Shown piece after piece: positions 17,432-27,126 of a DNA stretch of 28,815 nt. A program made the translations under genes and the position numbers. The stretch covers positions 1 through 28,815 of the forward strand of contig CAZJUB010000001.1 in NCBI GenBank assembly GCA_964549075.1, in the 5' to 3' direction. This stretch comes from an uncultured archaeon (GTDB lineage: Archaea; Asgardarchaeota; Heimdallarchaeia; Heimdallarchaeales; Heimdallarchaeaceae). Position 1 is the first letter of the stretch, and the number at the start of each line of letters is the position of its first letter. The notes beneath the pieces are model-generated. The model did no database searches. It was given only the letters and a program-made list of their open reading frames with translations, and had not been told where the DNA came from.

Positions 17432-18919
17432 TTAGATTACCTCAGCTTCTCTTAAATTATTAATCCACAGAGGTTTTCTTTCAATGAACAAAGAGAAATT
17501 CTCTGCAAAAGTATCATCTCTGTTGTATATTTGTCTTAATTCTTCATCGATCAATATAACTTTCATTTTCTCTTTAATTTCTATTTTCAAGAAAGAATCT
17601 ACACTCAAAACAAAAGTATTTTTCGCTACCAAATTTTCTAAGAATTCACATACATTCTGTCCTTTTTTTGTGAAGTGTATGACCCACCTATTATTATCTA
17701 TGAATGGACCTGCTACTACATCAACATGTTTAGCATATTGTTTTAGGAATTTCAGAGATTCTTTTGAAGTTATTTCTGGTCCTTCTTTACGAATCGATAT
17801 CTGAGGTTTAATATCCATTAATGAGATGAATAACCCATAATACTCCTCAGAGACAAATGTTTTAGATCTTTCTAATATATAGTTATTATTGAAAAGTTCA
17901 ACTTGAAATGCATTTTTTATGGATAATGCTTTTTGCCAGCATATTTCTTGTTCTTCAAAATTTCTTTTGAGAGCGAGTATAAGTACTTCTCTACCTGAAT
18001 TAGTTATTTTACGAACAAGTTCATCGTAATCAGGTACTTCACATAATAAATCTTCGAAGAAAGCAATGTCTGGTTTCATCAAATAAGTGTTAGCAGCTGC
18101 AACAAGAGATGTATATTGATCTATTGAAACATCTGCTGCTACATTATCTTTAGGATTGAGAGGATCAGGAACATAAAGAGGATAGTACTTTAGCAGCATC
18201 TCACTTGTTAGTAAATCTACATCTTCCATTCGTTCTACATTTCTTTTAATATCAATAATAGTTCTTGGACTCCATTTACAGATTGCTTCTATAGCTTTTC
18301 TAAAAGTTTCATAAAAAATTATAAGAAGTTCACATAAATAGCCATTGAAACCGATAGCACCAATTTCAGTTCTATAAACTCCAATTGTCTTCAGAAATTT
18401 CTTTAAAAGTAGAATTTCCTTTCTGTTCTCCTCTTTCATATGAGTAATTATATATTGTGAATGCATGGGAATTAAATCAAAGATAGATTCAGCTTCTTCA
18501 CCTGGTGAAACCTCAAATCCTACAAACAAGTTAATTAATTCACCTTCGATATTAACTCTCAGATAAGGCAATTTTCCAGTATGTTTTGTTACTTCTATTG
18601 GATTATTATTGGTTCTATCTTTCTTTAGTCTTTTTTCCAATGCATCTAAAATTTGATGAACCTTAGACTTATCTGATTTCTGCAAAATTAAAAGTAAATC
18701 AAAAGAATCATCCTCACTTAAGTAGGTTTTTCTTACAAATGAACCTTGATCTTCCACTCTAGCAATATATCCAAGGGCATTAACATCAAGCATTATCTTC
18801 TCTTTTAAAATAGAAAGAAGTTCTCTGATTTCTTCATGGTGTTCCCATTGAACTTGTATGATTTCTAGAACATTCTTTTCAATGCTTTCTGATGTTTCAG
18901 CTGGTTTTTCGTCACTCAT
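17432..18919 (-). CDS. cca: Archaeal class I CCA-adding enzyme homologue with divergent active site
   Basis: GS..RKTYL...D, PYL, LLKKFLK.IGVY..E....GF.GYLCELLI..Y, DP....NVAA, GP...W; immediately downstream of thpR. Several catalytic residues appear substituted (see findings). Confidence 0.82.
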   Translation of the reverse strand: MSDEKPAETSESIEKNVLEIIQVQWEHHEEIRELLSILKEKIMLDVNALGYIARVEDQGSFVRKTYLSEDDSFDLLLILQKSDKSKVHQILDALEKRLKKDRTNNNPIEVTKHTGKLPYLRVNIEGELINLFVGFEVSPGEEAESIFDLIPMHSQYIITHMKEENRKEILLLKKFLKTIGVYRTEIGAIGFNGYLCELLIIFYETFRKAIEAICKWSPRTIIDIKRNVERMEDVDLLTSEMLLKYYPLYVPDPLNPKDNVAADVSIDQYTSLVAAANTYLMKPDIAFFEDLLCEVPDYDELVRKITNSGREVLILALKRNFEEQEICWQKALSIKNAFQVELFNNNYILERSKTFVSEEYYGLFISLMDIKPQISIRKEGPEITSKESLKFLKQYAKHVDVVAGPFIDNNRWVIHFTKKGQNVCEFLENLVAKNTFVLSVDSFLKIEIKEKMKVILIDEELRQIYNRDDTFAENFSLFIERKPLWINNLREAEVI

Positions 18920-18923
18920 TTTC

Positions 18924-19487
18924 TCACCTTTTTTGAGCTTTTACTTCATGTAGAGATGTATAAATAGGTCCTGTAGGGTATAGCTCTGATTTCTTAAGAT
19001 TAATAGAGTCGATTTCTTCTTCGCCACAACTGAATTTAGAAAGGTTGTTTATAACTTTAATTAGTTCAGACTTATTTTTTATGGATTTTACTCTTGCTAT
19101 AGTGAGATGAGGTTTAAAACCTCTAGAATCAACCTTAAAACCTGATTCTTTTAATTTAAATCTTAACTCTTTTTGGATATTTTGCAGTACTTCTAATTCT
19201 CCATCCATTTCACAGAAAATTACTCTAATATATTTTTCATTAGGTAATAATCCAGGTTGTTTTATCTCCAAACGGAATTTTGGGAATTTAATTTCATCCA
19301 AAATCTTTGATACAACTTGAATCTGCTCTTCAGTTATTTCTCCTAGAAATTCTAAAGTCAAGTGTAAGATTTTAGGATTAACCATCTTTAATTTAGCATC
19401 TATCTCTCCTAATTGGTGCTGGATTTTTCCTATATTATCGATAATGTTCTCATTATTAAAATCGATGGAAATGAATGTTCTTACCAT
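18924..19487 (-). CDS. thpR: RNA 2',3'-cyclic phosphodiesterase (2H phosphoesterase, LigT/ThpR)
   Basis: MVRTFISID start (ATG 19487, preferred to 19553), HLTLEFLGE and FKPHLTIARVK, S.L.PTGPIY. Confidence 0.93.
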   Translation of the reverse strand: MVRTFISIDFNNENIIDNIGKIQHQLGEIDAKLKMVNPKILHLTLEFLGEITEEQIQVVSKILDEIKFPKFRLEIKQPGLLPNEKYIRVIFCEMDGELEVLQNIQKELRFKLKESGFKVDSRGFKPHLTIARVKSIKNKSELIKVINNLSKFSCGEEEIDSINLKKSELYPTGPIYTSLHEVKAQKR

Positions 19488-19592
19488 TGTTATGAAAGGT
19501 TTTTTTGATATTTTATAAATATTTATTAGATTACTATTTCTTGACATTAACAACCTTTTTAACTACGAAGAATATTTCCCCTTTGAAACCCG

Positions 19593-20171
19593 ATGAATGA
19601 ATCCACAACTAGAGTACTTGGAGTAACTGGGATGCCAGGATCAGGCAAAAGTGAATTTGCTCTTTTTGCTGAAGAATTGGGTTATCACACCGTAGTTATG
19701 GGAGACGTTGTGCGAGCTAAGGTTATTGAAGAAGGTTTCGAACCTACTCCCGAAATGAGTAATAAATATATGCATAAGCTTCGTGAGGAAATGGGTGATG
19801 CAGCTATTGCTCATCTTACCTGTATTGCAATTGATAAATTAATTGCAGAAGGGAAACGAAAACTCATTATTGATGGTATCAGAAGCCAAGCAGAAGTTCT
19901 TCATTTTAAAGAACATATGCAAAACTCTTTTGTTATTATTGCAATACATGTTGATCCAGAATTGAGATTCAAACGTTTGAAAGTTAGAGGAAGGAAAGAT
20001 GCACCAATCACTGAGGATGATTTCAAAAGACGCGATCAATCTGAATTAGATTTAGGTCTTGGTGAAACTATTGCATTCTCAAATTATATAATTCCAAATA
20101 ACAAATCAATAAAAGATTTTAAAGAAAAAGCTCTTAGTTTGTTAAATGAATTAGAGAGAGGAAATATTTGA
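19593..20171 (+). CDS. UPF0200 P-loop nucleotide kinase (dephospho-CoA kinase-like)
   Basis: GVTGMPGSGKS, MGDVVR, IIDGIRS..E, RF.RL..RGR.D, RD..EL..G. Confidence 0.88.
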   Translation: MNESTTRVLGVTGMPGSGKSEFALFAEELGYHTVVMGDVVRAKVIEEGFEPTPEMSNKYMHKLREEMGDAAIAHLTCIAIDKLIAEGKRKLIIDGIRSQAEVLHFKEHMQNSFVIIAIHVDPELRFKRLKVRGRKDAPITEDDFKRRDQSELDLGLGETIAFSNYIIPNNKSIKDFKEKALSLLNELERGNI

Positions 20172-20617
20172 AACTTGAAATCAGTCTTAAAGTCCCATTA
20201 TTTTCAACAGAAGACAAATCAAAAGTAGAATCATGTATAAAGAATCTATTGGATTTTCTTCCTGAGTTAAAAGAAGTTAATGAAAATGGAATCACCATAC
20301 TTACTTCAGACAGAATTAAGATAGAGGCACTGAAACACTTTTATTTTCAAATTAGACAAAGTGAAATCTTAGATACAGTTAGGAGACAAGCTCATATAAA
20401 TCCACAAACAAACCAGATAATTTTTATTATACACAAACAAGCTTTATTAATAGGTAAAATTGCTGTCGTATCTAAAGACACTACATCCCCTCTTGGTCAT
20501 CTAGAACTGATCATAAATGCAGAAGATGCAAACAAGTTTCTAGATTGGTTTGCTCCACATACTGTAGAAGGAAAAATCCAAAATCCAAGTAAATTTAATT
20601 CAATTTTTAGTCTTTAG
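20168..20617 (+). CDS. UPF0201 putative RNA-binding protein
   Basis: TED..KV...I.N, IR..EILDTVR, HKQA...GK, PLG.LEL.I, W.AP.T.EG; 4-nt overlap with the UPF0200 gene, its usual archaeal neighbour. Confidence 0.85.
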   Translation: MKLEISLKVPLFSTEDKSKVESCIKNLLDFLPELKEVNENGITILTSDRIKIEALKHFYFQIRQSEILDTVRRQAHINPQTNQIIFIIHKQALLIGKIAVVSKDTTSPLGHLELIINAEDANKFLDWFAPHTVEGKIQNPSKFNSIFSL

Positions 20618-21527
20618 CTTTCAATTTTAGCTTTAAACCATCATAGGCTAAAATTGTATTTGCAAAAACCTTCTTGCTTTCACTTAAAGAGTGTTCTAAG
20701 TCTGAATGTAATTCCGATATGTGAGTTAAAACGAGTTTCTTTACTTTAGCTTTTTGTGCAACTGTAGCTGCATCTATACAAGTAGAGTGACTGTATTTGG
20801 CAGCTCTTTCCTTTTCTTCTGGAGGATAAGTAGCATCATGTATTAATAGATCTGCACTTTTTGAATTTTCAACCACATTATCATCAAACACAGTATCTCC
20901 GGTAACAACAATCTTCAATTTTTTTGGTTTGATTTTTTCAGTTACTTCAGTAGGTAAAATAGTTTTATTGTTCACTTCAATCTCATGCCCCTCTTGAAGC
21001 TGTTTCCATAAAGGACCTTTAGGGATACCTAAAGAATTTGCTTTTTCTGGATTGAATTTAAATTTCTTTGGTTTTGTCTCTATTACATAACCAATTCCTT
21101 CAATAGAATGTTTGATTGTAAAGGCTTTTACTGTTAAATCTTTATTATCAAGAACTAATCCACCTTGTGTTTCAAGTACAGAAATTTCAAATGCGGGTTT
21201 AAATCGATAAGCTAAGAATAAAATTGATAGAAATTGAGAAGTCCAAGTAGGACCGATTATAGTAATAGGTGAATTGATGTTAAAGAAATTTCTAGTAGTT
21301 AATAATCCCATCAATCCAAGAGTATGATCTGAGTGTAGATGAGTTAATAATATTGTTAATTTTCGAAGACTTATCTTATTCCTGAGCATCTCAATTTGAG
21401 TTCCTTCACCTGCATCTATAAGTAACAAATTTCCTCTATATTTAAGAGCTAAAGAGCTTTGTCTTCTATCTACTTGAGGAGGAGCAGAAGACGTACCCAA
21501 GAATGTTATAGTCATCTCATCAGACAT
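20607..21527 (-). CDS. rnz: Ribonuclease Z (tRNase Z)
   Basis: FLGTS...P...R, DAGEGTQ, THLHSDH, GIPKGPLW.QLQ.G exosite, TGDT, HDATY, HST, LTHIS. Confidence 0.95.
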   Translation of the reverse strand: MSDEMTITFLGTSSAPPQVDRRQSSLALKYRGNLLLIDAGEGTQIEMLRNKISLRKLTILLTHLHSDHTLGLMGLLTTRNFFNINSPITIIGPTWTSQFLSILFLAYRFKPAFEISVLETQGGLVLDNKDLTVKAFTIKHSIEGIGYVIETKPKKFKFNPEKANSLGIPKGPLWKQLQEGHEIEVNNKTILPTEVTEKIKPKKLKIVVTGDTVFDDNVVENSKSADLLIHDATYPPEEKERAAKYSHSTCIDAATVAQKAKVKKLVLTHISELHSDLEHSLSESKKVFANTILAYDGLKLKLKAKD

Positions 21528-22560
21528 CTTTACACCTCAAAACCATTATTCTTCGCGTGAGAGATTTATGAATCACACAATCTATTGTTTTTATCAATTT
21601 GAAATCTGTTTTTTCTACAATTTTTTCAGGTTCTACTACAGCAGGAGTACTAAACACTAAGTAACCATTATTTTTCAGAATTTTTAAAGAATCTTTTAGA
21701 AAATTATAAACCAAATCTGAAACATTTTCTCCATGAGTAGAAGATTGTGTTGCATAAGGAGGGTCAGTAGCTATCGCATCAATTACTTTAATTGCTGAAC
21801 ATCGCGAATCACCACGATAAATTGCAGTGTTGAAACTTCTATATTGAGATAAATTCTCTTTTGAACCTTGTACAGCAAATCTATCTATATCACTACCTAT
21901 AGCATATGCTCCAATTTCCGAAGCTTCTAAAAGAAAACCTCCTCCTCCACAAAATGGATCAAAAAAAGTGTCTCCATTTTTAACACGAGAGAGATTAACA
22001 ATAGCTCGTGCAAAATCTGTTTTCATCGCACCAGGTCTAAAATACGCTCTTTGTCCAGGTTCTCTGACAGCAAATTTCTTTCGATCTTGAGACCATAATT
22101 CCAAGCCTAAGAACAGTTGTTTCTTGAGTAAAATAGCTAAAAACAAATAATCTGGATCATCTAAATTTACTGTTAGTTGAGATTGCTCAAATTTCTTATA
22201 AACGAAAGATCCTATTATTTGTTCTAAATCAACGGTCTTGATATCAATCTCCTTTTTACCAATCCTACGGACTCTTACTGCAAAGCTCTTTTGAGCTTCA
22301 ATTTCAAGATTATTCTGCTTAGCAGAAAAATTTACTTCTTTTTGGCTATACTCACCTATATCTATTAAATGAATCAAAGCATGTAAAAATGCACATCTTG
22401 CAGCAGCTTTAATTGGATCTTGATCAGTTTCAAAGATAATAATCCGATTTTTTTCTGTAACATTATGATATTCCACACCTTCTGCTTCTAGACAAGCATA
22501 AAATTCCTCAAATCCAAGAGGGATATGATGTCCACAGATAAAAGCAAGATATTTTGTCAT
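21520..22560 (-). CDS. trm11: tRNA (guanine(10)-N2)-methyltransferase, THUMP + Rossmann MTase
   Basis: THUMP SFAVRVRR...VNLDDPD, R.YF.PG.M....ARA.VNL, DPFCGGGGFL.EA, ATDPPY, IHKSLTR. Confidence 0.9.
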   Translation of the reverse strand: MTKYLAFICGHHIPLGFEEFYACLEAEGVEYHNVTEKNRIIIFETDQDPIKAAARCAFLHALIHLIDIGEYSQKEVNFSAKQNNLEIEAQKSFAVRVRRIGKKEIDIKTVDLEQIIGSFVYKKFEQSQLTVNLDDPDYLFLAILLKKQLFLGLELWSQDRKKFAVREPGQRAYFRPGAMKTDFARAIVNLSRVKNGDTFFDPFCGGGGFLLEASEIGAYAIGSDIDRFAVQGSKENLSQYRSFNTAIYRGDSRCSAIKVIDAIATDPPYATQSSTHGENVSDLVYNFLKDSLKILKNNGYLVFSTPAVVEPEKIVEKTDFKLIKTIDCVIHKSLTRRIMVLRCKDV

Positions 22561-23453
22561 AGAAATTTGTCCTTGATAAATCTACTAGCTGTAAAACAGA
22601 TATCAATTTGGTTAATATCTGAACGTATTATTGTATTCGTTGATATTACTTCAGAAACCCCTATTTGCTTAAATTTAGAAAAAATCTCTGGTTTTGCTAG
22701 AGCATGAACTACAATAAAACTTAATCTCTTTGGTTTTCTACTTAAGATAAGTCTACTAGCTTCAAGTGCTGTTCCTCCTGATGTTATCACATCATCAATC
22801 AATATTATATTCTTATCTTCAAAGTTTGAACCATCATCCGTTATAATAATCTCATGTGTTTTTGGATCTCTATATTTGTCTAAACAAAAGTATGAAGTTC
22901 CTAATTCTTCTGAGAGACGTTTCAAATCACTATCTATTCCTTTATCTGGACCTACAAGTACAGTTTCTGCATCGATTTTTTCTCTCAAATATTCTTCAAT
23001 TGATTCTAAAGCATTAATATCATATTTTTCCAATTCTGGCACTAAAGAGACAAAAGCTTCTCTATTATGTACATTAAAAGTAATTATTGAATCTACACCA
23101 GATTTATACAGCAATTCTAAAGTTATTCTATGTGCTATAACTTCTTTTTCTAGTCTTCTTCTATCCGCTCTAGCATAACAGAGATATGGAGCAAAGAGAT
23201 AGACCTTAGAGGCCTTATATTCTTTTAATGTTGAAGCGATGAGCATAATCTCCAACAAACGTTTCTCTTGATAGGGGTAGGTATTTTCTATAATTAAGAT
23301 GTCTTCATTTTCAACTTCTCCATCAATTCGAAGATAAGTTTCACCATCTGTAAAGAATTTGCTTTCTAAATTTAAAGATGGTAAGTCAAGTTTTTCAATC
23401 ATTTTACTACTCAGTTCTTCAGAAGTTGGACCAGATAATATTTTCATTTCCAT
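22557..23453 (-). CDS. prs: Ribose-phosphate pyrophosphokinase (archaeal type)
   Basis: F.DGE.Y.RI, PYL.YAR.DR, GPDKG, K.R, IDDVITSGGT, VH, STNTI. Confidence 0.93.
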   Translation of the reverse strand: MEMKILSGPTSEELSSKMIEKLDLPSLNLESKFFTDGETYLRIDGEVENEDILIIENTYPYQEKRLLEIMLIASTLKEYKASKVYLFAPYLCYARADRRRLEKEVIAHRITLELLYKSGVDSIITFNVHNREAFVSLVPELEKYDINALESIEEYLREKIDAETVLVGPDKGIDSDLKRLSEELGTSYFCLDKYRDPKTHEIIITDDGSNFEDKNIILIDDVITSGGTALEASRLILSRKPKRLSFIVVHALAKPEIFSKFKQIGVSEVISTNTIIRSDINQIDICFTASRFIKDKFL

Positions 23454-23607
23454 AAAAAAGTGTCAACATATAAATTAAAGCATTTTCATGTCATTGAATA
23501 TTCATATTTTCCGCTTATTCTATCGAAATTTGACTAAAAACATATATTTATTAACGCAAGTGAACCTTTTCTAATGAAAATAACTTCAGCGATTATTTGT
23601 GATAATT

Positions 23608-25545
23608 ATGGCCTCTGGAACACGTAGTGGTGGTAAGAAAAAAGCTAAAAATAAAGAAGAACCTCTATTAGATATAGACTTTAAAGATACAAGCGAAATC
23701 TCAGTACCACCTCGATTAATAGACCAAGTGATTGGGCAAGAACACGCCTCTGAAATTGTTAAAAAAGCAGCTCTACAGAGAAGACATGTTCTACTCATAG
23801 GGGAACCAGGGACAGGTAAAAGTATGCTTGGTCAAGCAATGGCTGAACTTCTTCCTAAAGAAGATTTAGTGGATGTTCTTTGTATAGCTAATCCAAAATA
23901 TCCTAATCAACCCAGAATTGCTACTTTACCAGCAGGTCATGGTGCTAGGAAGGTTGAAATGGATGCTGAAGCTGCTAGAAAGAGTGGTAATAAGAGGTTC
24001 ATTATATCTATCGCTATTCTATTAGCTATCATTGGTTATGCATTGATAGCAACAGCTGGTCACCCAGAACAACAACCTCAGACTCTTTTGATAGCTATGT
24101 TTGTAGGATTTTTCATATTCTTTATGCTTAACCAATCCAGATCTAGAACAGAATCAATGGTACCAAAACTTCTAGTGGATAATTCAAAGAAGGACAAAGC
24201 TCCATTCGAAGATGGCACTGGCAGTCATGCTGGAGCGCTATTAGGAGACGTTAGACACGATCCTTTTCAAAGTGGGGGATTAGGTACACCACCACATGAA
24301 CGTGTTGAAAGTGGATTAATTCACAAAGCGCATTTAGGTGTTCTTTATTGTGATGAAATAGGAACACTTGAAATGAGAACGCAACAGAAGCTACTTTCAG
24401 CTATGCAAGATGGTAAACTTTCAATTACTGGGCAATCAGAATTAAGCAGTGGAGCCATGGTTCGTTCTGAACCTGTACCCTGTAGATTTGTGCTTGTTGC
24501 AGCAGGTAATATTGAAACTACTCGCAACATGCATCCAGCTTTAAGGTCAAGGATTCAAGGTTCAGGCTATGAAGTTTATATGAGAGATACTATGCCTGAT
24601 TCTCCTGAAAATCGAAGAAAATTAGCAAGATTTTGTGCTCAAGAGATTTATAATGACAGGAAAATTCCTCATTTTTCTAAAGAAGCAGTTGAAGAAATCA
24701 TTTTCGAAGCACAAAGACGTGCTGATAAAAAAGATCACCTAACTCTCAGGTTAAGAGAGCTCGGAGGTTTAATCAGAGCAGCAGGAGATTTAGCTAAAGA
24801 GCGAGGAGAGGAATTCGTATCAGCTGAAACTGTAAGACAATCTAAAGTTATTGCACGAACCTTAGAGAATCAAATGAGTGATTCTTATGCCGATGCAAGA
24901 AAATTGTACAAAATCTTCCAAACTCAAGATGCGATGGTAGGCAGAGTAAACGGATTGGCAGTTATCAACCAACGATCAGGGATTGTAATGCCAATAGAAG
25001 CAGAAGTAGTTCCTGCATTTTCTCGAAGAGAAGGTAAAATTATTGCAACTGGTCAGCTCAGGATAATCGCTAGAGAGGCCGTTCAAAATGTTTCAGCAAT
25101 TGTAAAGAAATACGTCGGAAAGGACATCTCAGATTTTGATTATCATATACAATTTGTTGGAGCCTATGCTGGAGTAGAAGGTGATTCAGCCTCAGTCTCA
25201 ATTGCTGTTGCTATAATTTCTGCGCTAGAAAAAGCACCTATTCGTCAAGACACTGCTATGACTGGTAGTTTAACAGTGAGAGGTATAGTTATTCCCATCG
25301 GTGGAGCTACTGCAAAAATTGAAGCAGCCGCTGCAGCTGGTATTAAAAGAGTCATTATTCCTGTTCAGAATATTGATGATGTTAAGCTTGAGGAAAGATA
25401 TAGAGGTAAAGTAGAAATAATCCCAGTCTCTAATTTCCACGAAGTTCTAAGAGCTGCATTACCGAGTGAATATCACTCTATAGCTAAAAAGTTCGAGGAT
25501 TTAGCAAATGAGAAATTAGTAGCTCCTTCTAAAAAGTCTAAATAA
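23608..25545 (+). CDS. lonB: Membrane-anchored ATP-dependent protease LonB
   Basis: DQVIGQEHA, Walker A GEPGTGKS, two TM helices inserted in the AAA domain, GDVRHDPFQSGGLGTP, VEGDSAS catalytic Ser, GGATAKIEAA Lys. ATG 23608 preferred. No intein. Confidence 0.96.
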   Translation: MASGTRSGGKKKAKNKEEPLLDIDFKDTSEISVPPRLIDQVIGQEHASEIVKKAALQRRHVLLIGEPGTGKSMLGQAMAELLPKEDLVDVLCIANPKYPNQPRIATLPAGHGARKVEMDAEAARKSGNKRFIISIAILLAIIGYALIATAGHPEQQPQTLLIAMFVGFFIFFMLNQSRSRTESMVPKLLVDNSKKDKAPFEDGTGSHAGALLGDVRHDPFQSGGLGTPPHERVESGLIHKAHLGVLYCDEIGTLEMRTQQKLLSAMQDGKLSITGQSELSSGAMVRSEPVPCRFVLVAAGNIETTRNMHPALRSRIQGSGYEVYMRDTMPDSPENRRKLARFCAQEIYNDRKIPHFSKEAVEEIIFEAQRRADKKDHLTLRLRELGGLIRAAGDLAKERGEEFVSAETVRQSKVIARTLENQMSDSYADARKLYKIFQTQDAMVGRVNGLAVINQRSGIVMPIEAEVVPAFSRREGKIIATGQLRIIAREAVQNVSAIVKKYVGKDISDFDYHIQFVGAYAGVEGDSASVSIAVAIISALEKAPIRQDTAMTGSLTVRGIVIPIGGATAKIEAAAAAGIKRVIIPVQNIDDVKLEERYRGKVEIIPVSNFHEVLRAALPSEYHSIAKKFEDLANEKLVAPSKKSK

Positions 25546-25577
25546 GATAATCTGATTCAAATGATACAGTATCAAAG

Positions 25578-25910
25578 GTGTTCATACAAATGACAACATC
25601 AGGTTTTTATCATTATTATTGTGGAATCACAGCTCAACCTAATGATGAAGAGCAATATGAAGACCTTGGGGAATTTGATCTCTATTTGAATCTTGTTCAA
25701 CAAGACTTAGAGGAACAGGATCCAAAAAGGCAACCAAGATTTGAGACAGGATATTTTCAAGCAGAATGGATTGAAATTAGTTTTATTTTTCGAGCTTCAT
25801 TCAGAGATGGAAACGAAGAAATATACAGATATATCGATCATGTATCAGAGACCTTAGAAAATCAACTTAATATCACTATTGTAGATTTTCAAGTCGAATC
25901 AATAATTTAG
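25578..25910 (+). CDS. Acidic hypothetical protein
   Basis: 110-aa ORF filling the gap between lonB and a convergent gene; the start may be ATG 25590. Confidence 0.65.
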   Translation: MFIQMTTSGFYHYYCGITAQPNDEEQYEDLGEFDLYLNLVQQDLEEQDPKRQPRFETGYFQAEWIEISFIFRASFRDGNEEIYRYIDHVSETLENQLNITIVDFQVESII

Positions 25911-25913
25911 AAT

Positions 25914-26951
25914 TTATTTGAAAACAATATTCAAATGATTCTCACATTTATTACAAGTACCAGTTAAGGAAATACGATGTAATTCTGTAGTTGTAGATGT
26001 TCTTTTTATCAAGAGAGAATTGCATTTAGGACAGTAGGTGTTATTTGCACGATGATCAGGGACATTATCAAGATAAACAAAGCTTAGACCAGCTTCTTTA
26101 GCTGCTTCATATGCTTCCTCTAACTCTTCTCTGGTTGTTGGATTTAGTTCTTTCAATCGGTGTGCAGGCAATAACCTTGCTAAATGCAGAGGTATATTTG
26201 GAGAAAGTTCTGTGATAATCCACTCTGCTAGTTTTCGTGCCTCTTCAGAACCGTTTCCTAGTCTTTTATGAATCACTAAATTGAGTTCAATGAGCTTATC
26301 TTTTTCATATATTAGCTTGATGATTTCTTTTATATGACTGAAACTTCCTCTCTGACAATTATCTTCGTATCCTTTGTCCGAAATTGATTTAACATCTAAA
26401 GTTACAGCATCTATGTATTCCAATATTTCTTCTACTGGTTCTTTATCAAAGTAACCATTTGTTCTAAGTAAAACTTTCAATCCTCTTTCTTGTGCTAATT
26501 TTGCTGAATCTCTTACCCATTCAAAAGAGATCAATGGTTCAGCTTCTCCAAAGCAAATCACTCTTGAACCCGATGCCATTCCAAACATTGCAACTTGATC
26601 TGGAGCCATTTTCTTACCTATAAATTGCTCAGGATCATGAAAGGCTTTTTCTGGCATAGGACAATAATCACAGTCTAAATTACAGTTATATGTAGAAAAT
26701 GTTTGAGCTCTTGAATTTGGTAAAAAGTGATAAACATGTTGTTTTTCAATCATATCAATTTTCATATCTGTAGCACCATATGTTAGAGAATATAACTTAC
26801 CGTCAATATTCTTTCGTGCTAAACATTTTCCTTTCTCTCCCACCAGTAAAGTACAATGGATTGGACATAATGTACACTTAACAACCTTGTTTTCTTCATC
26901 TATCAATTCAAAGTACTCTGCTTCATGTAATGTTTGTGACATCGGTTTCAT
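25914..26951 (-). CDS. AmmeMemoRadiSam (AmrS)-like radical SAM enzyme, divergent
   Basis: N-terminal CTLCPIHC..G.C.AR.N, IEK...HFLP, CNLDCDYC, RTNGY, PLH..R..P, GL.FVY..NV, NTYCPKC, distal CNKC. Confidence 0.88.
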   Translation of the reverse strand: MKPMSQTLHEAEYFELIDEENKVVKCTLCPIHCTLLVGEKGKCLARKNIDGKLYSLTYGATDMKIDMIEKQHVYHFLPNSRAQTFSTYNCNLDCDYCPMPEKAFHDPEQFIGKKMAPDQVAMFGMASGSRVICFGEAEPLISFEWVRDSAKLAQERGLKVLLRTNGYFDKEPVEEILEYIDAVTLDVKSISDKGYEDNCQRGSFSHIKEIIKLIYEKDKLIELNLVIHKRLGNGSEEARKLAEWIITELSPNIPLHLARLLPAHRLKELNPTTREELEEAYEAAKEAGLSFVYLDNVPDHRANNTYCPKCNSLLIKRTSTTTELHRISLTGTCNKCENHLNIVFK

Positions 26952-27126
26952 GACAATCTTTGTAGTTCATTATTAAACTTTATTAAACCAACAATAAACT
27001 GTTCTTATAGATAATTGCAGAATATATCAAAATGATAAAATTCAGCAACTGAATTCTTGTAATTCGACGAAGTAATAACAACTAGAAAGCAAAAAGTATT
27101 TCTAATCTTAGACTTAATTTATATTA

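Noticed and set aside
19488-19553. N-terminal extension of ThpR in the ORF track
   Set aside because: The family starts at M-R-x-F-I; the extension spans the AT-rich divergent promoter.
1277-24530. Short ORFs nested in or antisense to real genes (1277, 2088, 3481, 7408, 8777, 10991, 13561, 14773, 15191, 16707, 17484, 19839, 22525, 22876, 23586, 24345)
   Set aside because: They overlap well-supported CDSs, have no motifs and show shadow-ORF composition.
27032-27086. Degenerate C/D-like arrangement (ATGATAA...CTGA...TCGACGA...CTAGA)
   Set aside because: Mismatched C and D boxes, no terminal stem and no recognisable target.
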